Source: a virus. From it: a DNA stretch of 51,093 nucleotides. Under the pieces are notes generated by a model. That model was not told where the DNA came from and searched no databases. It saw only the letters and a list, made by a program, of their open reading frames with translations. The stretch lies in the IMG/VR virus record IMGVR_UViG_3300045988_122807; one strand, written 5' to 3'. Each line of letters starts with the position of its first letter. Position 1 is the first letter of the stretch. Positions 23,420-31,722 of the stretch are shown here, one piece after another. A program made the position numbers and the translations under genes.

Positions 23420-25705
23420 ATGTCCCTATTCACCGATGGCTGCTACCAGTGCGCGCCTGCTGAGGCTCTTATTGCCAAGGTGCTTGCTGGTCGCTGTACC
23501 ATGCACTATACGAGGGTCGCCGTGGGAAATGGGAGTATCCCAGAAGGGAGCACCCCGGCCACGATGACTGAGCCCGCCGGATATGTGATGGACGCCAAAC
23601 TCAGTGGGGTAACGAACCCGGTCGATGGAGAGTGTCAGGTCACCGCGCAGATCACCAGCGACGATGTGACGGCTGACTTCTCCGCGACCGGCGTTCTTTT
23701 GTATGCTGAGGACCCGGACCTGGGAGAGGTGCCCTATACATATCTCGTTTTGGAGGCCGCCCCTGAGCCTATCAAGGGCAAGACCTCTACCGTCGGTAAG
23801 ATTGCCATTTTCGAGCTTGTGGCCGCTGTGGGAGCTGTGGACAATGTGACCGCAGATATTGACCTCGAAACTTTGGTGACCGTCGAGAAGGTGGCCGAGA
23901 TGATTGCCGCCCATAACGTGGACGAGGAGGCCCACCCGGACATCAGGCAGATTGCCCAGGACGCCCTTGACCAGGTGGAGGCCCTGACCCATACCATCAG
24001 CACTATCCCCACCCAGAACGGCAGCCTGACCTACACCGGGTCCCCGCAGTCTCCGAGCTGGAACGGCTACGACCCGGCCACCTTGACCCTGGGCGGAACC
24101 ACGGAGGCCACCGACGCAGGGACCTACACGGCCACGTTTACGCCGAAGGACGATTACCAGTGGGCTGATGGCACGAAAGACCCGAAGTCGGTCCAGTGGA
24201 GCATCGGCAGGGCGAACATTGCCAGTGTGCCTACCCAGACGGGCAGCCTGACCTATAACGGGAGCACCCAAAGCCCTACCTGGTCCGGCTATGATACCTC
24301 CAAGATGACCCTGGGGGGAACCACCAGCGGCACCAATGCTGGAAGCTATGCCGCCACCTTTACCCCGAAGGCAAATTATCAGTGGACTGATGGGACCACG
24401 GCGGCCAAGGAAGCGACCTGGACCATTGGAAGGGCTACCGTCTCCACTCTCCCAAGCCAGTCTGGGTCCCTGACCTATACCGGCTCGGCGCAGTCTCCCA
24501 CCTGGGCCAATTATGATACCACGAAGCTGACTATCGGCGGGGCTACCAGCGGTACCAATGCCGGGACCTATACCGCAACATTCACCCCCACCTCCAACTA
24601 TCAGTGGGATGGTGGCGGCATCGGTCCTCAGAGCGTTAACTGGAGTATTGGGAAAGCCGCCGGCAGTTTGACCCTGAACAGGTCCAGTCTGACCCTGAAT
24701 AATGCCACCAGGACCGGGACAATCACTGTTACCCGCCCCGGGAATGGTGTTGTTACTGCATCCTCCAATAAGACCAGTATCGCCACCGTGAGCGTGAGCG
24801 GCACCACCATCACTGTGACTGCCGTTGCCTATGGCTCCGCCACGATCACCGTCAACGTGGCTGAGGGGACGAACCACACAGCCCCCTCCAGTAAGACGTG
24901 CAGCGTCACTGTGAACCTTTTCAACGATACCCTGAACTCCAACACCTGGGCCGCGATTAAGGCCGCCAGCGACGCCGGAGACGCCGCCAACGTGTGGAGC
25001 GTGGGAGATACTAAGAGTATCCGCCTTAATGGTAGGGTGGGCAACTTTACCTTCTCCAACCAGTCTATTGATGCCTTTATCGTGGGCTTTAACCACAACA
25101 GCAGTAAAGAGGGCGGAAAGAGGACCCACTTCGCTATCGGGAAAATCAGCGGGAAACTGGTGGCCCTGTGCGATAACCAGTACAACAACGAGCAGACCTC
25201 CAGCGGCTATTTCAACATGAATACCAGCCGGACCAATTCTGGAGGGTGGAACAACAGCAACATGAGGCGGAATATCCTGGGCAATACCGGGACCCCCTCC
25301 AGCCCCCCGGCCAACACTCTGCTGGCGGCCCTGCCCTCTGACCTCCGCGCCGTGATGAAGTCTGTGACCAAGTACACGGATAACACCGGCAATGCCAGCA
25401 ATGTGGCCGGGAATGTCACAGCGACCACCGATTATCTCTGGCTCTTTGCTGAGTTCGAGGTCTTTGGTACACGATATATTGCCAATGAGTATGAGAAGAA
25501 CAGCCAGGCCCAGTATGCCTACTTCTCCGCTGGCAACTCTCGTGTAGCGTACAGACATTCGTCTACCGGCACGGCCGTCTGGTGGTGGCTTCGGTCCGCC
25601 TATTACAACGGCAACAATCACTTCTGCTATGTGTACACCGACGGCAGCTGCAGCGTCACCAATGCTTCCTGGTCTGCCGGCGTCGTGGCCGGCTTTGCTG
25701 CCTAA
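23420..25705 (+). CDS. Tail fibre: collar-type N-terminus, three 74-aa tandem repeats, Big_2-like Ig domain, C-type-lectin-like tip carrying the DGR variable repeat
   Basis: The N-terminus is like tail-collar fibre proteins. The C-terminus ...TAVWWWLRSAYYNGNNHFCYVYTDGSCSVTNASWSAGVVAGFAA is the classic DGR-target ending (WWLRS...GFR/A). Confidence 0.85.
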   Translation: MSLFTDGCYQCAPAEALIAKVLAGRCTMHYTRVAVGNGSIPEGSTPATMTEPAGYVMDAKLSGVTNPVDGECQVTAQITSDDVTADFSATGVLLYAEDPDLGEVPYTYLVLEAAPEPIKGKTSTVGKIAIFELVAAVGAVDNVTADIDLETLVTVEKVAEMIAAHNVDEEAHPDIRQIAQDALDQVEALTHTISTIPTQNGSLTYTGSPQSPSWNGYDPATLTLGGTTEATDAGTYTATFTPKDDYQWADGTKDPKSVQWSIGRANIASVPTQTGSLTYNGSTQSPTWSGYDTSKMTLGGTTSGTNAGSYAATFTPKANYQWTDGTTAAKEATWTIGRATVSTLPSQSGSLTYTGSAQSPTWANYDTTKLTIGGATSGTNAGTYTATFTPTSNYQWDGGGIGPQSVNWSIGKAAGSLTLNRSSLTLNNATRTGTITVTRPGNGVVTASSNKTSIATVSVSGTTITVTAVAYGSATITVNVAEGTNHTAPSSKTCSVTVNLFNDTLNSNTWAAIKAASDAGDAANVWSVGDTKSIRLNGRVGNFTFSNQSIDAFIVGFNHNSSKEGGKRTHFAIGKISGKLVALCDNQYNNEQTSSGYFNMNTSRTNSGGWNNSNMRRNILGNTGTPSSPPANTLLAALPSDLRAVMKSVTKYTDNTGNASNVAGNVTATTDYLWLFAEFEVFGTRYIANEYEKNSQAQYAYFSAGNSRVAYRHSSTGTAVWWWLRSAYYNGNNHFCYVYTDGSCSVTNASWSAGVVAGFAA
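24011..24676 (+). repeat. Three tandem 222-bp (74-aa) repeats inside the tail-fibre gene
   Basis: Units start at 24011, 24233 and 24455. Example unit: TQ.GSLTY.GS.QSP.W.GYD...(L/M)TLGGTT...AG.Y.ATFTPK..YQW.DGT. Confidence 0.85.
25573..25696 (+). repeat. DGR variable repeat (VR)
   Basis: 124 nt aligned to 26638-26761. There are 13 mismatches, all at positions where the TR has A. Confidence 0.9.
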
Positions 25706-25733
25706 TCCTCCGCAGAGCTATCCAGGCCCCATC

Positions 25734-25753
25734 CCGCCCCCGCAAGGGGGCGG
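25734..25753 (+). promoter_or_regulatory. GC-rich hairpin (8-bp stem, GCAA tetraloop) 37 nt downstream of VR; candidate DGR target-recognition stem-loop
   Basis: CCGCCCCC-GCAA-GGGGGCGG. A comparable element is known downstream of the VR in the Bordetella phage BPP-1 DGR. Confidence 0.55.
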
Positions 25754-25799
25754 TCCCCCGGTAGAAGAAGGCGGCTCCAGGGAGCGCCGAAAAAATAAT

Positions 25800-25828
25800 G
25801 TCGGCGCGAAGCGCCGACGCGATTTTTT
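25800..25828 (+). terminator. Rho-independent terminator after the tail-fibre gene
   Basis: GTCGGCGC-GAA-GCGCCGAC, then GCGA and TTTTTT. An upstream GCGCCGA (25784-25790) could pair with the left arm instead. Confidence 0.65.
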
Positions 25829-25936
25829 GAAAATGCCTCCCTTGAAAAGTGCTATCACTTGCCTGTCTTTAGACTGCATACATGGAGAAAAAATAGCCAT
25901 AAAATAGCTCTATGCCAATCAGTCTGGGGGTATTCT

Positions 25937-26119
25937 ATGGCAACCAACAAAAGAGTGTTCACCCTCCGCCTCTCCGATGAAGTGTTTGAGAAAATCGGAA
26001 TACTGGCTACCAATGAGCACCGTTCCGTGACGAACTATATCGAGTTCGTGCTACTGAAGCACCTGGAGGACGTGGAGAGGGAACACGGAGAAATTAAGAC
26101 CGGCGGAACTGAGGTGTAG
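25937..26119 (+). CDS. Ribbon-helix-helix (Arc/CopG-like) DNA-binding protein inside the DGR cassette
   Basis: MATNKRVFTLRLSDEVFEKIGILATNEHRSVTNYIEFVLLKHLE shows the beta-strand-helix-helix pattern of RHH proteins. The ATG follows a GGGGG RBS. Confidence 0.6.
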   Translation: MATNKRVFTLRLSDEVFEKIGILATNEHRSVTNYIEFVLLKHLEDVEREHGEIKTGGTEV

Positions 26120-26121
26120 CT

Positions 26122-26583
26122 ATGTCGGTTCTAAAATCCAAAAGAACTACCAGCAAGGCCGAGTTCGTGAACACGGCCCATCAGATTTTTGTCGAGACCC
26201 TGGGCTTTCTCACCCGGCTGTCTGCCCGGTACTCCCGGCTCCTGGCCGAACCTACCGCAAAGCTGGCCGGAGAGGTCATCGACCATGCGGAGAAGGCCAA
26301 CAGCATCTTCCCGTCTGACCTTCAGCGGGTGGAGCTGAGAAAAGCCCATCTCCTGGAGGCCAGGGCCTCCCTCATGGCCCTGGACGTGAGGCTCACCCAT
26401 TGCTATACGCTGATGAGCCAGAACCCCCAGGGCTGTTTCACGGATGGAAAAGGGAAAAGCCTTCCTCCGTCTGAAGCGATGGAGAAGCTGGACCGCATGG
26501 CCCAAAGCCTTGGAGAGAAGATAGACCAGGAGAACGAGCTTCTGAAGGGGCAAATCAAGGGCTTGGCGAAGAAGAAAGAATAG
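26122..26583 (+). CDS. avd: Accessory variability determinant (Avd-like four-helix-bundle protein)
   Basis: 153 aa, helical and basic, placed immediately 5' of the TR as in canonical DGRs. Confidence 0.6.
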   Translation: MSVLKSKRTTSKAEFVNTAHQIFVETLGFLTRLSARYSRLLAEPTAKLAGEVIDHAEKANSIFPSDLQRVELRKAHLLEARASLMALDVRLTHCYTLMSQNPQGCFTDGKGKSLPPSEAMEKLDRMAQSLGEKIDQENELLKGQIKGLAKKKE

Positions 26584-26637
26584 CTCAATATTGGGTGTAT
26601 GTCTGATTATTCCAGGCGCGGTGTTTTCGGCCCTTCG

Positions 26638-26761
26638 GGCCGTCTGGTGGTGGCTTCGGTCCGCCAATTACAACAACAACAATAACTTCTGCAATGTGAA
26701 CACCGACGGCAACTACAACAACAACAATGCTTCCTGGTCTGCCGGCGTCGTGGCCGGATTT
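26638..26761 (+). repeat. DGR template repeat (TR)
   Basis: A non-coding copy of the VR, rich in AAC/AAT codons (AATTACAACAACAACAATAAC...AACTACAACAACAACAAT). The track ORF 26591-26788 is an artefact of this repeat. Confidence 0.9.
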
Positions 26762-26983
26762 TGCGATATGCGGGGTCAAATGGAGTAGCAAGAGAGCGAA
26801 AGACGACCCACGCAAAAGGAGACATACTTCCCTGGGTGAAAATCCCTAAAACTGCCCTCTGACGGCTCCGCACGGACGCTTCTTGCATGGCAGGGGATTG
26901 CGCTGAACCTGTTTCATGTGCTGGGCCAAAGTAGTTTAGAGGCGCACCTACAACTTAACTATGCGGAGGCGCGAATACTTATT
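26638..26983 (+). ncRNA. DGR RNA (TR plus structured spacer up to the RT start)
   Basis: 220-nt non-coding spacer with a long-range helix: AATCCC/CTGCC at 26841-26856 pairs with GGCAG/GGGATT at 26889-26899. The true ends are unknown. Confidence 0.5.
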
Positions 26984-28153
26984 ATGACGAGCCAAGAGCG
27001 CCGCGAGGCGCGATACCAACGCCGCTGGGCCCGGCGGCTGGAAAAGAAGCGGGCCCGCTGTGATCACCTTGGAGGCCTGGAGAAATCTTTCGGCTATCGG
27101 AAAATGTTCTTCTGGGGAAAGAAGTGCTGCAACGGGGTGCGCTGGAAGCAGAGCACTCAAAATTTTGAGCTTCATCTGTTCTCTGGCACCGCCCGGAGAC
27201 GGCGGGACATACTGCTGGGGCGGCATAAGTTCAAGAAATGCTCACACTTTACCCTCCGGGAGAGGGGAAAAGTGCGCCCGATTGACGCTCCCCACGTGAC
27301 AGACCGGCAAATCCATAAGACCTTGTGCAACGAGGTCCTGATACCCCTTTATAGCCCGTGCATGATATATGACAACGGAGCCAGCCAGAAGAAGAAAGGC
27401 CTTCACTGGGCCTATGGCCGTTTGGAGGAACAGCTTCACTGGCATTTCCGCCGGTATGGGCGCCAAGGGGGTGTGTTCCTGCTGGACCTGAAGGGCTTTT
27501 TTCCGAATGCCCCTCACGCTTCCCTGTACCAGAGGCACCAGCAACTCATTTTTGACCCTGGCCTCCGGGCCCTGGCCGATTCCGTCATTGCCAGCTCTCC
27601 TTGCCCTACCCCTGGGCGTGGGATGCCGCTGGGGGTGGAGCCGTCACAACAGGAGATGGTGGCCCTGCCCAGCAGCGTGGACAACTGGATAAAGTGCCAG
27701 GCCGGGGTCCATGTGGCTGGTCACTACATGGACGATTATTATATCGCCCTCCCGGACATCGAGGAGCTGAAGAAGCTGGCCCGCGAGATAGTGCGCCGCT
27801 TCGAGGCCTTGGGTATCCGGGTAAACAAGCGCAAGTGCAAAATTGTCCCCCTTACGAAGCCCTTCCGCTTCTGTAAGGTCCGCTTCACCTTGACTGAGAG
27901 CGGAGCCGTCAAAAGGAATGGCTGCCGTGATGGGATGAAGCGGAGCCGCCGGAAGCTGAAATTTTTCCAGCGGGAGGTCGCCGCAGGGCGGCGCACCCTT
28001 GCTGAGGCCGCCGAATATATGCAGTCTCAGCGGGCCTACTACCGCAGTTTCGATGACCACGGACGGCTTCTCCGCCTGGAGAGGCTGGCATACGCTATTT
28101 TCGGAGGTGCTTTATGTTCAAAATCATCAAAGACGGAGCCCTTATCGGCATGA
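26984..28153 (+). CDS. DGR-type reverse transcriptase
   Basis: FTLRERGKVRPIDAPHVTDRQIHKTLCNEVLIPL (RT motifs 1-2), GMPLGVEPSQQEMVAL (the position of the DGR IGNLTSQ motif), HYMDDYYIAL (YxDD). I prefer the ATG at 26984 over the GTG at 26918. Confidence 0.85.
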   Translation: MTSQERREARYQRRWARRLEKKRARCDHLGGLEKSFGYRKMFFWGKKCCNGVRWKQSTQNFELHLFSGTARRRRDILLGRHKFKKCSHFTLRERGKVRPIDAPHVTDRQIHKTLCNEVLIPLYSPCMIYDNGASQKKKGLHWAYGRLEEQLHWHFRRYGRQGGVFLLDLKGFFPNAPHASLYQRHQQLIFDPGLRALADSVIASSPCPTPGRGMPLGVEPSQQEMVALPSSVDNWIKCQAGVHVAGHYMDDYYIALPDIEELKKLAREIVRRFEALGIRVNKRKCKIVPLTKPFRFCKVRFTLTESGAVKRNGCRDGMKRSRRKLKFFQREVAAGRRTLAEAAEYMQSQRAYYRSFDDHGRLLRLERLAYAIFGGALCSKSSKTEPLSA

Positions 28154-28800
28154 CCGAGGCCCCAAAGTACATCAAAAAGGCCGCGAATGGCTGCTTCAAC
28201 CTTTGCCCTGAGCTGGAGGCTCAGGGCATTTCTTTTGCCGGAAATCCATATCACCTGCTGGGGCGGGATGAGCTGGACGGCCTGGAGACGGTAAGCCTGG
28301 AGGAGGCGGACGCCGGCGTGGAGCTGCAGGCTATGTCTGAGACTGTGACCTCCTCCGCGAAGCTGTCTGGGCAGATGCAGACCGCCGCCCGGCTCTATGT
28401 TCGGAAGGCTACCGACATCTCCGATGACAACGCCCTCCAGATGCCTGACCTGTTCACTACCTGGAAGGAGGCCCTGGCCGCCGGGGAACAGCTAGAGGCA
28501 AACACCGTGCTGAACCTGGACGGGAAACTCTATCGGGTGGTCCAGCCCGTTACCCCCCAGGAGCACCAGCCCCCCAACGGAGAGGGGATGACGGCCATTT
28601 ACCGCCCCATCGACCAGACCCACGCCGGGACCCTGGAGGACCCTATCCCCTGGGCCTATGGCATGGACAGTGAGCAGGGGAAGTATTACAGCTACAATGG
28701 CAAGGTGTACCTCTGCAACCTGACCATGCCGGGGTGTGTGTATGCCCCCGACACTCCTGGGCTGTGGCAGTGGTCCGAGGCTGAGGAGGTGTCCGAATAA
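28114..28800 (+). CDS. Hypothetical tail-associated protein with a CBM5/12-like C-terminal motif
   Basis: RBS GGAGGTG. The C-terminus YYSYNGKVYLCNLTMPGCVYAPDTPGLWQWSE resembles small carbohydrate-binding modules. Overlaps the RT 3' end by 40 nt. Confidence 0.5.
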   Translation: MFKIIKDGALIGMTEAPKYIKKAANGCFNLCPELEAQGISFAGNPYHLLGRDELDGLETVSLEEADAGVELQAMSETVTSSAKLSGQMQTAARLYVRKATDISDDNALQMPDLFTTWKEALAAGEQLEANTVLNLDGKLYRVVQPVTPQEHQPPNGEGMTAIYRPIDQTHAGTLEDPIPWAYGMDSEQGKYYSYNGKVYLCNLTMPGCVYAPDTPGLWQWSEAEEVSE

Positions 28801-29204
28801 TGGGGCAGTATGTAGCCCGGAAGCGGGCCAAGTTCAAGGGCTTTAGTGGCCCTGTCAATATCCCGTGGGGGGCCGTCCTGGAGGAGCAGGACGGCCTTCT
28901 TTTTTGGCGTGGAGCTGCCGTCTGTGGGGTGACCAGCCAAAATGCCTACGACTACTTCTCCAGAGATGATGACAGCCATGGGAAGCTCCGGGGCAAGCTC
29001 GTGACTTCCATCAAGGCCAAACTGGAGAAGCGGGACGCCGGGTATCAGGCCCGGTGGAACAAGGTATGGGGGGACGCCCTCTGCCAGAAATACCGGCGGC
29101 CTGAACACGAGGACTGGTGGCTCTGGAATTATGACTTTTTCAATGCCCCCATCCCGGACCTTCGGTATATCGCTGGACTGGTCGGGGCCCCCTCTGTCTG
29201 GTAA
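28800..29204 (+). CDS. Hypothetical protein
   Basis: TAATG coupling to the upstream gene. 134 aa, Trp-rich. Confidence 0.5.
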   Translation: MGQYVARKRAKFKGFSGPVNIPWGAVLEEQDGLLFWRGAAVCGVTSQNAYDYFSRDDDSHGKLRGKLVTSIKAKLEKRDAGYQARWNKVWGDALCQKYRRPEHEDWWLWNYDFFNAPIPDLRYIAGLVGAPSVW

Positions 29205-29218
29205 GGAGGCGGTGGACT

Positions 29219-29419
29219 GTGAGCGGCTTCCAGATCATCGAAAGCCTCTGCGCCCTTGCTGAGGAGCAGAACGCCATCATCCGGGCCATGAACTTGCGCC
29301 TCGGTGAACTTGGCGTCGCCTTTGGTGAGGATGAGCTTGCCGCCGCCGACGAGCATTACAGGCGGCTCCTCGGCAGAGAGACCAGCCGGAAAGGGGGTGA
29401 TACCAGTGATACAGATTGA
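29219..29419 (+). CDS. Small hypothetical protein
   Basis: GTG start 9 nt after TAAGGAGG. 66 aa. Confidence 0.4.
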   Translation: MSGFQIIESLCALAEEQNAIIRAMNLRLGELGVAFGEDELAAADEHYRRLLGRETSRKGGDTSDTD

Positions 29420-29753
29420 CATCGGTGAGATGTTTCTGGCCTTTATTGCCGCAATGGGCATTCCGAGCGCCATCATGGGGCTTGTTGTCTGGCGGCTGAA
29501 AGGCCGCATCGAGGAGAAGGAAGTCGCCCAGGCAGAGAGAACCAAGGCACAGCAGGACCTATTCCTCATCATTGTCCAGAGCACCAGGGCCTCCATTGCC
29601 CTGGGAGAGGCTACCGCCAAGGCTGTCCAGCGTATCCCGGACGCGCATTGCAACGGAGATATGCACTCTGCCCTGGAGTATGCGACCAGTATCAAGCACA
29701 AGCAGAAAGAATTTTTAGACAAGCAGGGCATTTCCGCCCTGCTCGATGACTGA
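29406..29753 (+). CDS. Membrane-anchored lysis-cassette protein (one N-terminal TM helix)
   Basis: MFLAFIAAMGIPSAIMGLVVW transmembrane segment followed by a helical domain. Upstream of the holin. The start (GTG at 29406 or ATG at 29430) is uncertain. Confidence 0.5.
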   Translation: MIQIDIGEMFLAFIAAMGIPSAIMGLVVWRLKGRIEEKEVAQAERTKAQQDLFLIIVQSTRASIALGEATAKAVQRIPDAHCNGDMHSALEYATSIKHKQKEFLDKQGISALLDD

Positions 29754-29767
29754 AAGGAGAATTTACA

Positions 29768-30115
29768 ATGACTTTTGACATCACCCCTATTGTTGAGGCC
29801 GTCGCCGCCGTGCTGTGCGCCGTCGTTACCTGTGTCCTGGTCCCCTACATCAAGAGCAAGACCACCACCGAGCAGCAGAAGGAAATCAATGCGTGGGTGA
29901 AGATTGCCGTCGCCGCCGCCGAGCAGATTTATACCGGCTCCGGCAGGGGTGAGGAAAAGAAGGCCTACGTCCTGGAGTGGCTGCGGGCCCACGGGGTCAC
30001 CGTGGACGATGAGAAACTGGACGCTATGATTGAGGCCGCCGTTTATGAGCTGTCCCAGGGGATCATCCCTCTGGAGGGCGCGGCCGTCGTGGAAGGTGGG
30101 GGCAAGGATGAGTAA
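29768..30115 (+). CDS. Holin (LL-H type, holin superfamily 6-like)
   Basis: N-terminal TM segment IVEAVAAVLCAVVTCVLVPYI, then ...KKAYVLEWLRAHGVTVDDEKLDAMIEAAVYEL, typical of LL-H holins. Directly before the endolysin. Confidence 0.65.
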   Translation: MTFDITPIVEAVAAVLCAVVTCVLVPYIKSKTTTEQQKEINAWVKIAVAAAEQIYTGSGRGEEKKAYVLEWLRAHGVTVDDEKLDAMIEAAVYELSQGIIPLEGAAVVEGGGKDE

Positions 30116-30902
30116 CAGCCCTCTTGCTACCGTGACCCAGCTCAGCCCAAACCGGAATAGCCCCCGAAACCACAAAATCGACCGCATCACTATCCACTGC
30201 TTTGTAGGACAGGTTACCGCCAAGCGCGGCTGTGAGGTATTCCTTCCTGCCAGTAAGAAGGCGTCCTGCAACTATGTTGTCGGCTATGATGGCAGTATCG
30301 GCCTATGCGTAGACGAGGGGGACCGCTCCTGGTGTTCCTCCAACTCTGCCAACGATAACCGGGCCGTGACTATTGAGACGGCCAGTGATAATAAGCACCC
30401 CTACGCTGTGACCGAGAAAGCCTACGCCGCCCTTCTGGACCTGGTGACGGACATCTGCCGCCGGAATGGTGCGAAGCGTCTCCTCTGGTTTGCTGATAAG
30501 GAGCGGTCGCTGGCCTATGAGCCCCAGGATGGTGAAATGGTGATGACTGTTCATCGGTGGTTTGCCAACAAGAGCTGTCCCGGAGATTACCTATACGAGC
30601 GCCACGGTGCTATTGCCGCCGAGGTGACAAAGAGACTTTCTGAGGAGGACGAGGATATGGACGAGGAAAAATTCTATTCGATGTTCAAGGCTGCCCTGAG
30701 CAAGTTCCGGGGGGAGCTTCGAGACAACGATAGCGGCGACTGGAGCAAGGAGGCCCGCGACTGGTGCGTGTCTGTGGGTCTGTTCGCCGGCAATGGGACC
30801 GCGGACGGCGGCGAGGCGAATATGATGTGGGAGGACTTCCTGACCCGTGAGCAGGCCGCCCAGCTCTTTTACCGCTTCGCCAAGACCCACGGCCTGGTCT
30901 GA
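30108..30902 (+). CDS. Endolysin, N-acetylmuramoyl-L-alanine amidase (Amidase_2/PGRP fold)
   Basis: IDRITIHCFVG...CNYVVGYDGSIG...NDNRAVTIETA...TVHRWFANKSCPG. ATG at 30108 is preferred over the track start at 30030. Confidence 0.85.
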   Translation: MSNSPLATVTQLSPNRNSPRNHKIDRITIHCFVGQVTAKRGCEVFLPASKKASCNYVVGYDGSIGLCVDEGDRSWCSSNSANDNRAVTIETASDNKHPYAVTEKAYAALLDLVTDICRRNGAKRLLWFADKERSLAYEPQDGEMVMTVHRWFANKSCPGDYLYERHGAIAAEVTKRLSEEDEDMDEEKFYSMFKAALSKFRGELRDNDSGDWSKEARDWCVSVGLFAGNGTADGGEANMMWEDFLTREQAAQLFYRFAKTHGLV

Positions 30903-31264
30903 TGGACGGCGGCAAGCGGCTGGCCGCTAAAAAGGGCGGCTTCTTTGCCCTCCTGGAGCGTATGGGCGTCACCAACTGCCTCGGCTTCCTGCTGGTGTTT
31001 CTGCTGCTTCTGGGGCTGGTCGGGGGCTTCGTTCTGGCCGTCCTGAGCATCAAGTACCAGTACACCGGCGCCCTGGCCTGCTGGACGGTGGTATTTACCC
31101 CCATCGGCACGGCCATCTCCATTGTGCTTGTCCGCATCGTGGATAAGAGCAGGGCGGAGAATACGGGGCCCGACGGGGAGGGCATTAAGTATGCCGCGGC
31201 GAAGGCCTCCAACTTCCAGCAGCCTGGAGCTGTAACCGGGAGCGAGAACAGCCCCGGAATTTAA
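30902..31264 (+). CDS. Two-TM membrane protein (possible second holin or lysis accessory)
   Basis: LGFLLVFLLLLGLVGGFVLAVL and ALACWTVVFTPIGTAISIVLV. The start overlaps the endolysin stop. Confidence 0.5.
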   Translation: MDGGKRLAAKKGGFFALLERMGVTNCLGFLLVFLLLLGLVGGFVLAVLSIKYQYTGALACWTVVFTPIGTAISIVLVRIVDKSRAENTGPDGEGIKYAAAKASNFQQPGAVTGSENSPGI

Positions 31265-31473
31265 GCCGCCCCCAGGACGGCGCTGAAAGCCCTTAAACAG
31301 GTCCTTGTTTTTCCGTGGGTCTTTTCCTGCCTTGGAGGAGAAAGCGGCTTGTGCGGTCAGCGAGGGGGCAAGGCGAGGCCTTCCGCCGTTCCTTCCCCTT
31401 GCGCCCTGCCCCCCCGATATGATATACTCAATCCGAGGCACCGGCCCCCAGCCGCCCCTCTGGTGGCTCCCCA

Positions 31474-31497
31474 TTTTTGCCCGTGGCTCTATTATGG
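31474..31497 (+). repeat. 24-bp direct repeat, copy 1 (candidate attP / integrase-binding element)
   Basis: TTTTTGCCCGTGGCTCTATTATGG. Copy 2 at 31718-31741 differs by one base. Confidence 0.7.
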
Positions 31498-31674
31498 GGG
31501 CACGGGAACCGTGGACGAGATGGACCACAAGGAAAGGGTAGCACAAGGGCAAAACGGAGGGACGAAAAATGAGGAAAAAGACGGCAGAACACCCTTCGCC
31601 GGTAGAGTGGGAATAATAGACGCTTTCAAAAAAGCCCGAAAAATCATTTGAAATTCCGCGAAATACCATGAAAT

Positions 31675-31722
31675 AAGCCCCTGTCCGAGTTGAAAAAGTT
31701 CGGACAGGGGCTTTCTTTTTTT
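31675..31722 (+). terminator. Strong rho-independent terminator closing the late/lysis operon
   Basis: Perfect 14-bp stem: AAGCCCCTGTCCGA (31675-31688) pairs with TCGGACAGGGGCTT (31700-31713). It is followed by TTCTTTTTTT. Confidence 0.85.

Larger units (their letters stand above)
25573..28153 (+). mobile_element. Diversity-generating retroelement cassette (VR, RHH gene, avd, TR, RT)
   Basis: See the individual components. Confidence 0.9.

Noticed and set aside
23426-25621. 731-aa minus-strand ORF opposite the tail fibre. Similar long minus ORFs occur at 4499-5797, 13255-14982, 15746-17029, 18421-20316, 40090-41571 and 44219-45709
   Set aside because: All are antisense to well-supported + strand genes. 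They lack RBSs and recognisable motifs and have the biased composition of GC-rich shadow frames.
26591-26788. 65-aa ORF (…AVWWWLRSANYNNNNNFCNVNTDGNYNNNNASWSAGVVAGF…) that looks like a second tail-fibre tip
   Set aside because: It is the DGR template repeat read in frame. There is no RBS, the Asn run reflects the AAY-rich template, and a TR is expected to be non-coding.
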